64,000 nt of DNA from positions 35,607 to 99,606 of the forward strand of contig NW_021831993.1 in the NCBI RefSeq assembly GCF_006345805.1, in the 5' to 3' direction. Origin of the DNA: Octopus sinensis (taxonomy: Eukaryota). Shown here piece after piece: positions 49,986 to 61,744 of this stretch; the first letter of the stretch is position 1, and each line of letters opens with the position of its first letter. The translations under genes and the position numbers were made by a program. The notes beneath the pieces were generated by a model, which worked only from the letters and a program-made list of their open reading frames with translations, searched no databases and was not told the DNA's origin.

Positions 49986-50221
49986 CTATATGGAATCTTT
50001 GCAAGTTGCTTGGTAATTTGAAGTTTGCAACATTTAACTTTTTGGGTACCTTAGGGCCAGACTGTCGACTTTTAGACATTATGAAAAATTCCTTTTTCCA
50101 CACACTAGACGATGGTCAGTCCAGCTCTCTGTTCCTCTCATGGCCCAAATCCAGGTTGTGCTGGATTACATGTTACCAGTGGCACTCAAGAGCAACCTGA
50201 CATATATATATATATATATAT

Positions 50222-50259
<38 letters not shown>

Positions 50260-50488
50260 AGACACATATATATATAAAATAAAACAGGAAACTGGAAATT
50301 TTTTGTCTCCATTTCAAACAATCCAACCCAAACCAGCATGGAAAACAGACATTAAACAACGATGATGATGATGATGATGGGTAAAAGTTTTATTGTTTTA
50401 TTTCTGTAAATCTTCACAAGTATTATTTTTGAAAATTTAAGTCCAAAAAAGAAAATTTTATATAAATATCATTTAGGAAAATATTTAC

Positions 50489-50523
50489 CTCTCTTTTCCA
50501 TGATTTCAACATGTATTTTTGCT
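50489..50523 (-). CDS. Candidate 35-nt start exon of macro-PARP (ATG at 50501, MEKR)
   Basis: ttttcatttgcag|AGC...gaaatcATGGAAAAGAGAG|gtaaat. Good Kozak context; ends in phase 1, matching the 41901 acceptor. Confidence 0.4.
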
Positions 50524-51174
50524 CTGCAAATGAAAATAAAATAATTAGGAAAAACATTGTTAAGGTATTAAATACATCATTTGTTGTCAAAGTAAATTCT
50601 CTCTTTCTCTCTCTCTCCCATATAATTACAGTTAAGAGAGAGATCAGAACAACTGGGCAGGACTCAGACAGGAATCCATCTCCCCCCTTTACCATTCAGA
50701 TTCCTCAGTCAAATGCAATGCTTGTCTATTCACATTGTTTTGAATCGATGCCATTATCTCATAGCTTAAACATTTTGATAACGTGATTATCTTTTTAGCA
50801 TGACATTGTAGGGCAGGTGTTCCAGAGGCTGGATCTTTCCAGTTTAAATATAAAACAAGTTATATGATTGGGCCAGATTTGGCCAGTCTAAACGCTAAAA
50901 GGTTAATTGACCACATTGTGCAAGGTAATAAGGTTTACGTGTGTGTTTTTGAGAATGTACAAAATGTATTTACATATTTAACAAAGTCCTACTACAGTGC
51001 AACACTCCCAAAAAGCACACAAGAATAAACTCATACAGGAAATGCACAATAAAATGAACAAAGCCCAACAACATGTACAAAAGAAGCCCAGTAACCATCA
51101 GAAGAACACAACTACGCTACACACACAACACACAATACAAACACTAATACAAGAAAAGACTTAGTTCAAACCTC

Positions 51175-51785
51175 ATAACAAGCACGCGGAATTCTGTTCT
51201 TGATTCGACGGTCATTCGGAATGCTCACAGCAGCCATATTCCTACCGCTCTATGTCACGCTGGTGAGACCCATATTGGAGTACGGGATTCAAGCCTCTTC
51301 TCCTTATCTCCTCAAAGACATACAGCATCTCGAAAGAGTCCAGAAGCTGGCTACCCGCATGGTTCTTGGTCTCAAGAATTTGTCTTATGAAGAAAGGCTG
51401 AAGACGCTCGACCTTTATTCTCTAGAAAAACGACGACGCCGTGGTGATCTCATTCTTGCTCACAACATCATAAGTGGAAAGTGTAACCTCTCGAAAGAGC
51501 TGTTCTTCACTCCTGCTCCAGAGCGTCGGCTGCGGGGTCATTCCGAAAAGCTCTATCTGCGACGATTTCATCTCAATCGAAGGAGAGGGGCTTTCTCCGC
51601 CCGGGTTGCGGATCCGTGGAATAAGCTGCCAGACGAGATGGTGAAGATGCCGACGACCGCTCAGTTCAAAGTCTCCCTTGACCTCAAGTGGCCTGAACTC
51701 TTTACATGAACACCACCCTGTACATAACTCCATGCCCCCCTACATGGCCTTGGTTTTTGCTTTTTGAGCCAAAAAAAATAACTAA
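51175..51785 (+). mobile_element. CR1-clade LINE 3' fragment with intact C-terminal ORF
   Basis: ORF 51200-51709 LYVTLVRPILEY..LERVQKLATR..YEERL..LEKRRRRGDLI..RGH..WNKLP; A-rich tail. Confidence 0.9.
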
Positions 51786-51789
51786 AAGA

Positions 51790-53045
51790 AAGGGCTATAG
51801 AAAAGGGATTTCAACGCTTTGGGTAGAGAAGGGTTTGTTTAAAGTGACTGAGCACAGAAGTTAGTTGATCAAGCTAATGTTTATAGAAGAAAGTGGATGA
51901 CAGAATTGGAGGTGGAAGGGATCACGAGAGAACTGGAAAAGAAAGACCAGGCAGTGGGAAAGACAAACAACAACATAAGAGATACAGCTCAAACCAAAGA
52001 AGAACCTAAAGAAAAAAATAACAATAGTGCTACCAATAAGGAAGGGACAACTGGCACCAGTGATTTAAGTGAGGAAGATCAGAAGATTTTAGATGTGTTG
52101 CAGGAATTCATGAGTAAAGAAGTAAGAAAAAGATTGCTCTCTTTAAAGGGTACCAACAGAAGAATGTTGCTAGATATGACTAAGAAAGTAGATTCTGTTA
52201 TCAGTAGGATAGATACTAAAATACAGAAGACACTCATTGATCTCTGCCGGAGGAGTAGTAGTTACTAAAAGATTAGATATTCCACAAGGACAAATTAGAA
52301 AAAAGCAAGTGTGAAAAAGGAAATTACAAAATAAGGAGAAGACTTTAAGACAAGATCTGAGTAGAATAGAAACCTGGAAACTGAACAAGATAGGAAACAC
52401 AAGATTCAAATCTTCTCTTGGGAAAAGATACTTAGTCAAAGAGAAAGAAGGATTTGGGACAATAATAAAAGATTTGAAACAATGTGTAACAACAATAGCA
52501 GGCAAGCTCTCCAGATATCAGAAAACAAACAGATCAGTATCAACAGAATAAATGACTTGAGACAGACCAGAAGAGATTTTATAACCAAATAAATAGTGGA
52601 GAAGAAAGTACTGAAGATGAGGAACCTAATGCAGAAGAAGCTAGAATGTTCTGGAGTAATATTTGGTGTAAGCCAGACAATCAAAAGGAGATGCAGGGTA
52701 GTTAAAGAAAACAAAGGAAGAAGTAGCTAGATCTAAGATTAACTAGCGCATTAATGAGTAATGTGTTAGGAAGAATGCTAAATTGGAAGGGCCCAGGACC
52801 AGAAGGCATCCAATTACCTAATGGCCAGATATAAAAATCATTAAAAGAAGGAGAGAGTTATAAGTATCTTGGAGTATTAGGATCTGACTACAGAAATGAA
52901 AAGGAAAATTGAGAAGGAGGAGGAAGCTAATGAAGTCAAAACTAAATGGTCGGAATCTAGTGAAGGCTGTAAATACTTGGGCAGTATTTTTACTTAGCAG
53001 CTTTTGTGATAAAAAGTGAACTAGCAAAGCTAGACAGAAGAACTA
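51790..53045 (+). mobile_element. Internally deleted R4-clade LINE (different subfamily)
   Basis: GYRK...KGLFKVTE..LVDQAN N-terminal domain; NWKGPGPEG; then a jump to YKYLGVL..KLNGRNLVKAVNTWAV. Confidence 0.65.
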
Positions 53046-53760
53046 GGGTCTCCCTCTTCCACAGGTACCATCCATTTTTAGTGATCAGCACTTCTTTATG
53101 CAGCTGTCCTCATTCATGTACATCACATGTCCAAACCAAAGTAGTCTTCTCTCTTGCATACTACATTTGATATGCCCAACTTTTCTCTCAACACATTTGC
53201 ACTTTGCCGTACATGTGCACTGTTGTTGCACATCCAACGGTGCATACCACCTTAATTTCTCTCCAGTCTACACGTCTTCTGTATTCAGAGCCCATGTCTC
53301 ACTACCATGGAGTATAGCCATTCGCACACAAGCACCATATAGTCTACCTTTCACTCTGAGAGAGAGGGTCCTTTTTGTTGCTAACAGAGGTAATAGTTCT
53401 CTGAACTTCACCCACCCAATTCTTATTCTAGAAACAATATTTTCAGAGCATCCTCCACCATTGCTAATTTGGTCACCTAGGTAACAGAAACTATCTACAA
53501 CCTCAAGAGAACCTCCTGGGTTTTTGAGAGAATCTAAGTCCCGTGTGCTCTTAGTGCTTATTGTTCCTGCACATCTGCCACATACAAAGACAATTTTATC
53601 TCTTAATCTACCTGTGATTCCACTGCCCACAGTTTACACTGGATACAGTACAAGGAATTTCTTCCAACTCCTTTCCTTCTTATGGAGCGGCACCATTTAC
53701 CTGAAGGAAAGAGAGTTTTATCTTCCTTCTTACTAACAACCACTTTGGTTTTAATAATAA
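53045..53760 (-). mobile_element. RTE RT C-terminal fragment
   Basis: ORF 53268-53630 FVCGRC..VDSFCYLGDQ..LHGSETW. Confidence 0.85.
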
Positions 53761-53860
53761 TAATAATAATAATTCTTTCATTTATTTGCCACAAGTGTGA
53801 AGGATGAGGGGAATAATACAAAGATAGACATAAAGTGCTGGGGTATACATATAATGGAAT

Positions 53861-56277
53861 TGTAGGGAATACGACCGTATGTTGAGGTTGGTGACATAGG
53901 TAAGTCACACGGTCGCATTCCTAGCGAAATAAGATAAGCCATAAATACAATTTTATACAATGCAGTGCCAACAGAATTTAGATGAATTGACGACAAGCCG
54001 TTCCACTGTTTGAGGGATAGATATTATTTTATTTACAATGGGTTAATGTTAGAAGGTTGTGAGGGCTAGCAAGCATTGTGTATGTGTGCGTACAACACGT
54101 GTTTGTGTCTGTGTGTTCGTGTGTGTGACAGATACAATAAGGGTGAATGCGTGTGGCATAGTAGGTACAGAGCATAGAGTTAATAATAGATTTACTGTTC
54201 ATGAGGTACACGAAGTGTAAGAGCTCAATATCAAGATGTTGTGTCTCGGAGCTGAGATTAGTTGAATCACTTGTTGTGCTTATCTTTTGATATAGATATT
54301 CTTTCAGATATATATACTGCAACTGGTTTTCCGTGGTGAGATTTTCACCTAACAGCATGAGTTGAATCTATAGTTATCTTGTGTACAAGTTAAATCTTCG
54401 TAGATAGAGACGATGTTGGCGATGACGTTATGTCTGTCGCTTGGTTTACTATAGCGTCTTCATATCATGTTTTGCTTGGTTATTTTTCTCTTGATATAGA
54501 TATTGTTGTGAATAGTTCAGTTCACGGTACTTCTTGACCTACTTTGCTGGCTTGGAGACTGAAAGTCTACAATACAAAGTTATAGTCCTTTGTTTTAGAA
54601 AGAGTAATGAGCTTTTAGGGGACCTTTGGCCTTTTGCCAGTCAGGGAGAGTTCGTTGTAAACACCCCTTAAAAATAAGCAGTTCAGTTTGTGAGTGGCAG
54701 TCGGCATTTGGGATTCAGGGCAAGCAGTTGGTAGTTTGGATTTAGCAGTGGCTGTTCTGCTGGTGACAGTGTACTGAGAGATGACAGGAAGACAGTCATG
54801 AGAGAGTGAACAGTTGGGATTGTACAGCGAGTTAGTAATGGTTTGTTCTGCTGTGACAGAGAGAGATATACAGCGGATTAGGCGGCCAATAGAGATGGAC
54901 TACAATGTGAGGCATTGGCTGATGTAACGGTATGTGTTAATTGTATGTTTTGATATGTGAAGAAAAAGAATCGATGTATTGAAATGTAAAAGAAATGAAC
55001 ATTGTGTTACAGAACTGTTAAAGAAAGAGAGAGACTCTGTTGTAGTCTTTAATGAACATTGAACTGTATATGCCTTTAATGTGATTTGAACTGTAACGTT
55101 AATGTGATTTGAAACAGAACTGTTTTCTCCGGACTGTATATTGCATCAATCTGAACTGATATTGTACCCGGATGCTGTTGTTATATTGTATCTGCATGTT
55201 TAAATGCTTTGATCTGTTGTATACCTATTTCTTGCATGTGCTATCTTTAAATGTACTTGATGTTGTAATAGTCATATAAACTAGTAGGTTAAATGTAAGC
55301 CAATTGCCTTCCGCTGTATTTCTTTGTGTCTCTCTCGGTTGCCTCTGTGTCTTTTCCTGCTGTTGTTGTTGTTGTCTCTCTCCTCTCTGAGTTCCGTGGC
55401 GAACATTCGACGATCGATCGGGCCTGGTCAATCATCGTCGCTTGACTTGTTGGGATCCCGGGTTCGAGTTCGGGCGACGGCAGGTGGGATTCCGTAGCAA
55501 CTTTCGGGGGTCCCGTATTCTTTCAGATATATATACTGCAACTGTTTTTCCGTGGTGAGATTTTCACCTAACAGCATGAGTTGAATCTGTAGTTATCTTG
55601 TGTACAAGTTAAATCTTCGTAGATAGAGACGATGTTGGCGATGACGTTATGTCTGTCGCTTGGTTTACTATAGCGTCTTCATATCATGTTTTGCTTGGTT
55701 ATTTTTCTCTTGATATAGATATTCTTTCAGATATATATACTGCAACTGTTTTTCCGTGGTGAGATTTTCACACTAACAGTATGAGTTGAATCTGTGAAGT
55801 TGGTGTGTACATGTCTGAAGTGGACGATGGTGATGGCGACTTGAAGTTGGTACAATGATGGTGACGACGGCGGCGGAGATAGAAATTGGTTTTCTGTTGC
55901 GGGTGTACATTAGCGTCGTCGTGGCTGATCGTCTGTCGCTGTGACTGGAACATGTTGAGTAGCTCTGTGGTCAGAGGTTAGCCCTTATAAGGACTGGAAC
56001 CAAAGATGCAAGTATACTGAAAACACTCCCTTATATAGAAGTAAGGTGACTCAACAGAGCCTAGGAAATGGGACCTTAACCAAAGGCCGTGATTGGTTGG
56101 CTTTGGCCAGTGGCACGAAATAAGTAGGGAGAAAGACCGCGCTTAGATGCCAACCAATCAAAATAGTGGACACAACAAGGTTAAACTAGCCAAAGATGTT
56201 TGTAATCTCAAACGAGATCATTCCTAATATTTCTCTCAAACAGTGAAGATAGCAATGAAGAAAACAATATTGCTACA
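53861..56277 (-). mobile_element. Solo LTR (TGTAG...CTACA) with 4-bp TSD GAAT, inserted in a Tx1-like 3' UTR
   Basis: GAAT at 53857-53860 and 56278-56281; removing it restores sequence colinear with 22680-22720; contains CCAAT/TATA and about 213-bp tandem units. Confidence 0.8.
56031..56160 (-). promoter_or_regulatory. LTR promoter module: TATATAA, AP-1 site TGACTCA, two CCAAT boxes
   Basis: ttatata 56031-56037; tgactca 56047-56053; attgg 56092-56096; ccaat 56154-56158. Confidence 0.55.
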
Positions 56278-56281
56278 GAAT

Positions 56282-57350
56282 GATAAAAAAAAGGAAAGAA
56301 ATTAAGTATACATGACATACACTGAAAAAGAAGGGACATCTGCATAGCATACAAGGGTTTAAAAAAAAAGCGGCAGGGAGGATGATACAGGAAGGCCTCT
56401 AGGGATAATCAAGGAACCCCACTGTCCGAGATTTCCATGAAACCCCTCTCCAGTTCCTTCTCTCCGACTCACAGGTCTACACTTAGAGACCATCCACTGT
56501 TGCCATTTTTGCAACTTTCACCCACCTTTCAATAAACTCACTCGAGGACAGCCCTTCTCTCTTCACTCTCACTTTCCTTTTCAAGTGAAACTTGAGGAAG
56601 TCAATGAGAGCTCTGCCAAAGAGGAATGGATCTGTCCTCAGGCCTTTCAGCCTTGTCCACCAAACAACCTCTTTTGCCATAGCCACCAGACAAAGGAAAA
56701 CTGCCTTGCCTACTTGATTGAAGGAGGACGGTAGTGCAATCATCACTACAGACTCGGCTGACAGATGGATCCGTCCCACACGTTACAGCAGCTGTTCAAC
56801 ATAACTCCACAAGTCAGCAATGCCTGGACACTAAACAAGAGCATGCAAAATGGTTTCGTCACTCTGCATGCACCTCGGACAAGCCCGTCTGACAGCACAT
56901 CTGAGCCTGCAGAGTTTATCTTGAACTGGTAGTGCCCCCCTCCCCAGTAGCACTGCCAGGCCAAGGACAACTGAAAATTACCCATGATAGTTCCCGACCG
57001 GAAAGTCCTCCGTAACAGACTAGTCAGTTCATTCTCATCAGTGCACAGAGTCTCCCTGAGAACATTGTTGCACTTCCCCACCACTAATCCTGAATAAATT
57101 TTCAAGGCAGAACATCCACCAATCCCATTGTCTGACATTCTGGGTGCCAGGTGCCCACTCTCAGTCTTTTCTTCACCCTGGGCTGTTGCTCTGTGATGGA
57201 GACAAGCCTCACAAACGGAGCCCACACACACTCAGTGTCTAGGAATCCTTGCAGATGGTGTAACCTAAGAGTATGTCTGTGTATTAGGAAGGCATACCTA
57301 ATCTGCCACCGAGAGGATAGTGACAACAGGCCAACCGCCTGAACAGTGGA
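56282..57350 (-). mobile_element. L1/Tx1-like LINE 3' end (second copy)
   Basis: ORF 56483-56779 almost identical to 22842-23240. Confidence 0.75.
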
Positions 57351-57359
57351 ATATACCTC

Positions 57360-58200
57360 TTCCACAAGAATTTAAATAAGAGAGAACTATCAGGCTAATG
57401 GTTCTTTAAAAAATAGTACTGACCTTAAATGCAGATTCTGCAACACATTTCCTGAAACAGTCAACCATCTCGTTTCAGGATGTCCTCAGTTGACACAAAA
57501 TAAATACAAAAACTGCCATGATAGGGTTAGAGTAGTATTTACATTGGATAATATGTAAACACTACAAAATCAGCACTTGCCTGCTTACTGGTATGAACAT
57601 CATCCAAAACTAGTCATTAAGGATAAAAATATCACTATCCTCTGGGATTTCACAAACAGAATGATCCATGCAAATCAACCGGACATAATTATTAAAGACA
57701 GAGAAGAAAATACTTTAGGACTAATAGATGCAAGTGTTCCCACTGATAAAAATATATCATCATCATCATCGTTTAACGTCCGTTTTCCATGCTAGCATGG
57801 GTTGGACGGTTCAACTGGGGTCTGGAAAGCCAGAAGGCTGCACCAGGCCCAGTCTGATCTGGCAGTGTTTCCACAGCTGGATGCCCTTCCTAACGCCAAC
57901 CACTCCGTGAGTGTAGAGGGTGCTTTTTACGTGCCACCGGCATAGGTGCCAGGGGAGTCTGGCATCGGTCAAGAAATTTGACGAATTAAGTAAATATAAG
58001 GAGCTGTTAATTGAAATAGAAAGGATGTGGAATCTTAAAACGAGAACTGTTCCTGTTATTGTAGGTGCCCTAGGTATAATAAAAAAAAATGGGATGTCAG
58101 AAACATCTAGATAAGATCCCAGAAGAACCATGTCTCAGAGAAATCCATAAGATTGTGTTGGCAAGTACTGCTGACATCCTTAGAAAAACCCAATCAATTT
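57360..58200 (+). mobile_element. R4/Dong-like C-terminal fragment interrupted by an RTE 3' UTR (57757-57968, minus)
   Basis: CRFCNTFPETVNHLVSGCP; PDIIIKD; IDASVPTDKN | KKFDELSKYKELLIEIERMW. Confidence 0.75.
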
Positions 58201-58486
58201 AAATGTCTGTGTTGTATTACATGAGGCTATTTCACTACTGCCCTTGCCTCTTCCCCTCCTCACGTTTTCAGTTATTCTGTAACATCTCATCTCTACTAGA
58301 AACAGAGAAACTTTCAAAAAAAACAAAGATCTAGAAAAGAGGTAACTTGAATGTGGCATCTGAAACCAGGAACAATTCCTATCATAATAGGCGCATTAGG
58401 TATGATGAAAGAACATTCAGACAAATGCATAAGACAGAGCTGTGCTGGGGAGTGAAGTGAAAGCATGTGATAAAAATAAAACTACA

Positions 58487-58533
<47 letters not shown>

Positions 58534-59329
58534 TAATAATAATAATATTAATGGTTTCAAATTTTGCCGTAAGGGCAGCCATTTTGGTGAGGGGGAAGGA
58601 TCAATTTCATTGACCTCAGTGATGATAATAATAATAATAATTGTTGACACCCTTTTGTCTCGGGAGACAATGGAGTTGCGCATAAACTAATCCAGTCTGG
58701 TTTTTACATTTCATGTCCTCTCCAGTTTCCTCTCCAATTTTGCGCAGGCCTGGGCTAGATGTAAGAAAATCCTGGGTAGCCCAATCGTCAGGATTCCTCT
58801 CTCGACCTTGCTGATGTAGTCCAAAGGAATGCAGAGCATTACGTTTGGCACCGGCTTGGTTGCAGGAGCTGCCGGAAGAGTGTCAAGTCAAACACTAAAC
58901 CACCTATGGGGCTCCACTCCGGATTTCTTTGAAAGTTGTCTCCTTTCCGTAACCCTGGATAGGGGCCCATACTGGGTACTGTCAGCCGGAGCCAGCTGAG
59001 CCCGAGACTCGTGTCAGGCAGGATCGTAACTCCCTGAAGTAGTGGAGAAAATCGCTACCCACTACCTATAATAATAATAACAACAATAATCATTTCTACT
59101 AAAGGCACAATGCCTCAAATTTCTAGGGAGGGGAAGTAGTCGATTACATTGACCCCCAGTGCGTAACTGGTACTTAATTTATCGACCTCCAAAAGGATGA
59201 AAGGCAAAGTTGACCTCACCGGAATTTGAACTAAGAATGTCACAATGGGTGAAATACCGTTACGCATTTCATCCAGCATGCTAACGATTCTGCCAGCTCG
59301 CCACTTCATAATAATAGTAATAATAATAA

Positions 59330-59866
59330 GTCACAGGCAGTGGCTCTCATGGCTTCTGATCTTAACTGATTGGAAGTGTTATCATGTACATTGTTTTGTC
59401 TTGGTATGAAAGATGGGCTACAGCAAATATTCTGCTCAATACCAGAGATTTGCTTGTCAGTTGTTTGACCATAACCAGTTGAGCATGTCCCTTGGTGGCT
59501 GACGATATGTGCATCTCTGATCACGAGCAGAAGTAGTGGGGGAGCATCATAGCCATGTGTTGAGAGGGATTCTTTGGGGTTTGGCTAACTCACCTTCGGA
59601 ACATGGGTGTTTCATTCAACATCCTTAAACAACCCTTATTCAGGGACCTTTTGAGCGGGATGGGCTACTCGACCTGAAGAAAACTCTGAGCCTCCACCTG
59701 CAAGGTCATGCACTGTTTATCTTGATATGAGATCACCATGTCGCGCACATGTGGTTGTGATGTATGGGCCTGGTGTACCCTTATCAGACGGGTAGTCATG
59801 ATGGGTATAGTGGGCTTTCTATATTTTACCCCAGTGTCACTTTGATAGCATGCACTGTTCTCTCAC
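59330..59866 (+). repeat. Non-coding interspersed repeat (copy 2)
   Basis: Paralogue of 26888-27360 with about 75 extra 5' bases; followed by (GAG/AAG)n. Confidence 0.75.
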
Positions 59867-60128
59867 TGAAGAAGGAGGAGGAGGAGGAGGAGGAGAAGAA
59901 GAAGGAGGAGGAGGAGGAGAAGAAGAAGAAGAAGAGGTGGAAAAGGAAGAAGAAAATAGTGAATAAAAAAACTAATAAATGTGTCAAGTCAAGATCCTTC
60001 ATGCTTCACCAAAAATGTCAAAATGAAAGCAAGAAAACCCGAAACAGAAAATTAATCGCAGCCAAAACAGCTGACGTTCTTTTCGAAACGCACCTCTCCA
60101 ACAAAATGATGCCTAATTTTTTTTTTTT

Positions 60129-60871
60129 GGCGATCTTTCGTTTGTAGTAGCACGTTTCCGTCGATGATTTCCGTAAAAAACTTTTATTTTTTTGCATATA
60201 GGCTTGCGGGAACATTTGAAGTAATGAGAGCGAAAGAGACTAAGAGGAAGCGATTTTATGACGAGGGAATTTCTTTCTGAAGTTACCGAAGCACATATAC
60301 ACATACACCGAGTAAAAAATTACACTGAATCGGCCATACATACATACACACAACATACTTACACACACACACATACATTCAGACATACATATACACATAC
60401 ACCGAATAAAAAATTACACTGAATCGGCCATACATACATACACACACACACACATACATAGATACATACACACACACACACATACATAGATACATACACA
60501 TACATGCATACATACATATACATGCATACACATACATGCATACATACATATACACATACACCGAGTAAAAAATTTCAGTTATCTCTCTCTTTCACACATT
60601 ACTCTGTCTCTTCACACACACTAACAGAAGCACTTCACTTACACAACATACTGTCTGTCTCCCACACCCCATCAAACACACACACACACACACACATGTA
60701 CATCAATGCTTCGGTAACTTCAAAAAGAAATTCCCTCGTCATAAAATCGCTTCCTCTTAGTCTCTTTCGCTCTCATTACTTCAAATGTTCCCGCAAGCCT
60801 ATATGTAAAAAAATAAAAGTTTTTTACGGAAATCATCGACGGAAACGTGCTACTACAAACGAAAGATCGCC
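60129..60871. mobile_element. MITE with 165-bp near-perfect TIRs in a poly-T site (MULE-like)
   Basis: 60129-60293 is the reverse complement of 60707-60871 (about 2 mismatches); GGCGATC termini; T-runs on both flanks; microsatellite-filled interior. Confidence 0.7.
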
Positions 60872-61436
60872 TTTTTTTTTTTTAATATGAAAATGGGAAA
60901 TATATCCAAAATGAATGAAGTATGCAAAAAATTTTTTTAATATTTTAAAATATTTTATACTAAAAACTAAAAGAAACGGAAATATACGCGAATATTAAGA
61001 AACATGGGGAGGTAACTTACTTTACCAGTCGTTAATGATACGAGGGGCGAAATAACCACTGAGTTATGTTTTGTCATTTATTTTCTCTGTAAACTGATAA
61101 CAAAACTTGCATACGACTTAAACATATTTATTTCTGTCGTTTATCAGAACATCATAAAATGGGCGAAAGTAAAGCGAGTTCACACCACCGAACTAACCAG
61201 TTTGCGCAGTAAAAAAATCTGGTTAAAAGCAATCAAGAATTTACAAAACGATATTGTCGGTGTGTGGGGACCCTCTTGCCGCCCTTTTTTCCGAACCAAA
61301 ATAAGGGATTTGCTGCATATTAGGAAGTCGGGGTACCTGATCGCAAGCAAAAAATCGTTTTTTTATTTTGTCTTAGTGAAAATCGTGCGGGTATTAATAT
61401 AGAAATATACCCTTACATACGCACGAACGTTTATAC

Positions 61437-61625
61437 CAGTGGGTTTCAACCAGGGTTCCGCCAGTATAGTCCAGGGGTTCCGCAAGAAGTTACAAAACTG
61501 CTAAAATCAGAAGTAATTTTTAATTCACCTGTGCATGAGACAATTAAATTATTGCACAGGGGTTCCTCGAGCCAGTGGAATGTTTCCTTGGGGTTCCGCT
61601 CCAGCAAAAAGTTTGAAAAGCACTG
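61437..61625. mobile_element. hAT-type MITE with perfect 8-bp TSD
   Basis: TSD GTTTATAC at 61429-61436 and 61626-61633; CAGTG...CACTG termini. Confidence 0.9.
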
Positions 61626-61744
61626 GTTTATACAGACACATAAATGAAATCACGTAAATACATATACACATACATTATATATACACACACAAAAAAACAT
61701 GTACATACGTACACACACATACATACATACAAAAAATGCATGTA

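Noticed and set aside
54029-54358. 109-aa ORF within the solo LTR
   Set aside because: Spans a tandem unit and a GT-rich tract, with no gag/pol motifs.
54004-56245. CACTG...CAGTG inverted ends suggesting a CACTA element
   Set aside because: No TSD. The larger TGTAG...CTACA boundaries with a GAAT TSD and a restored empty site explain the region better.
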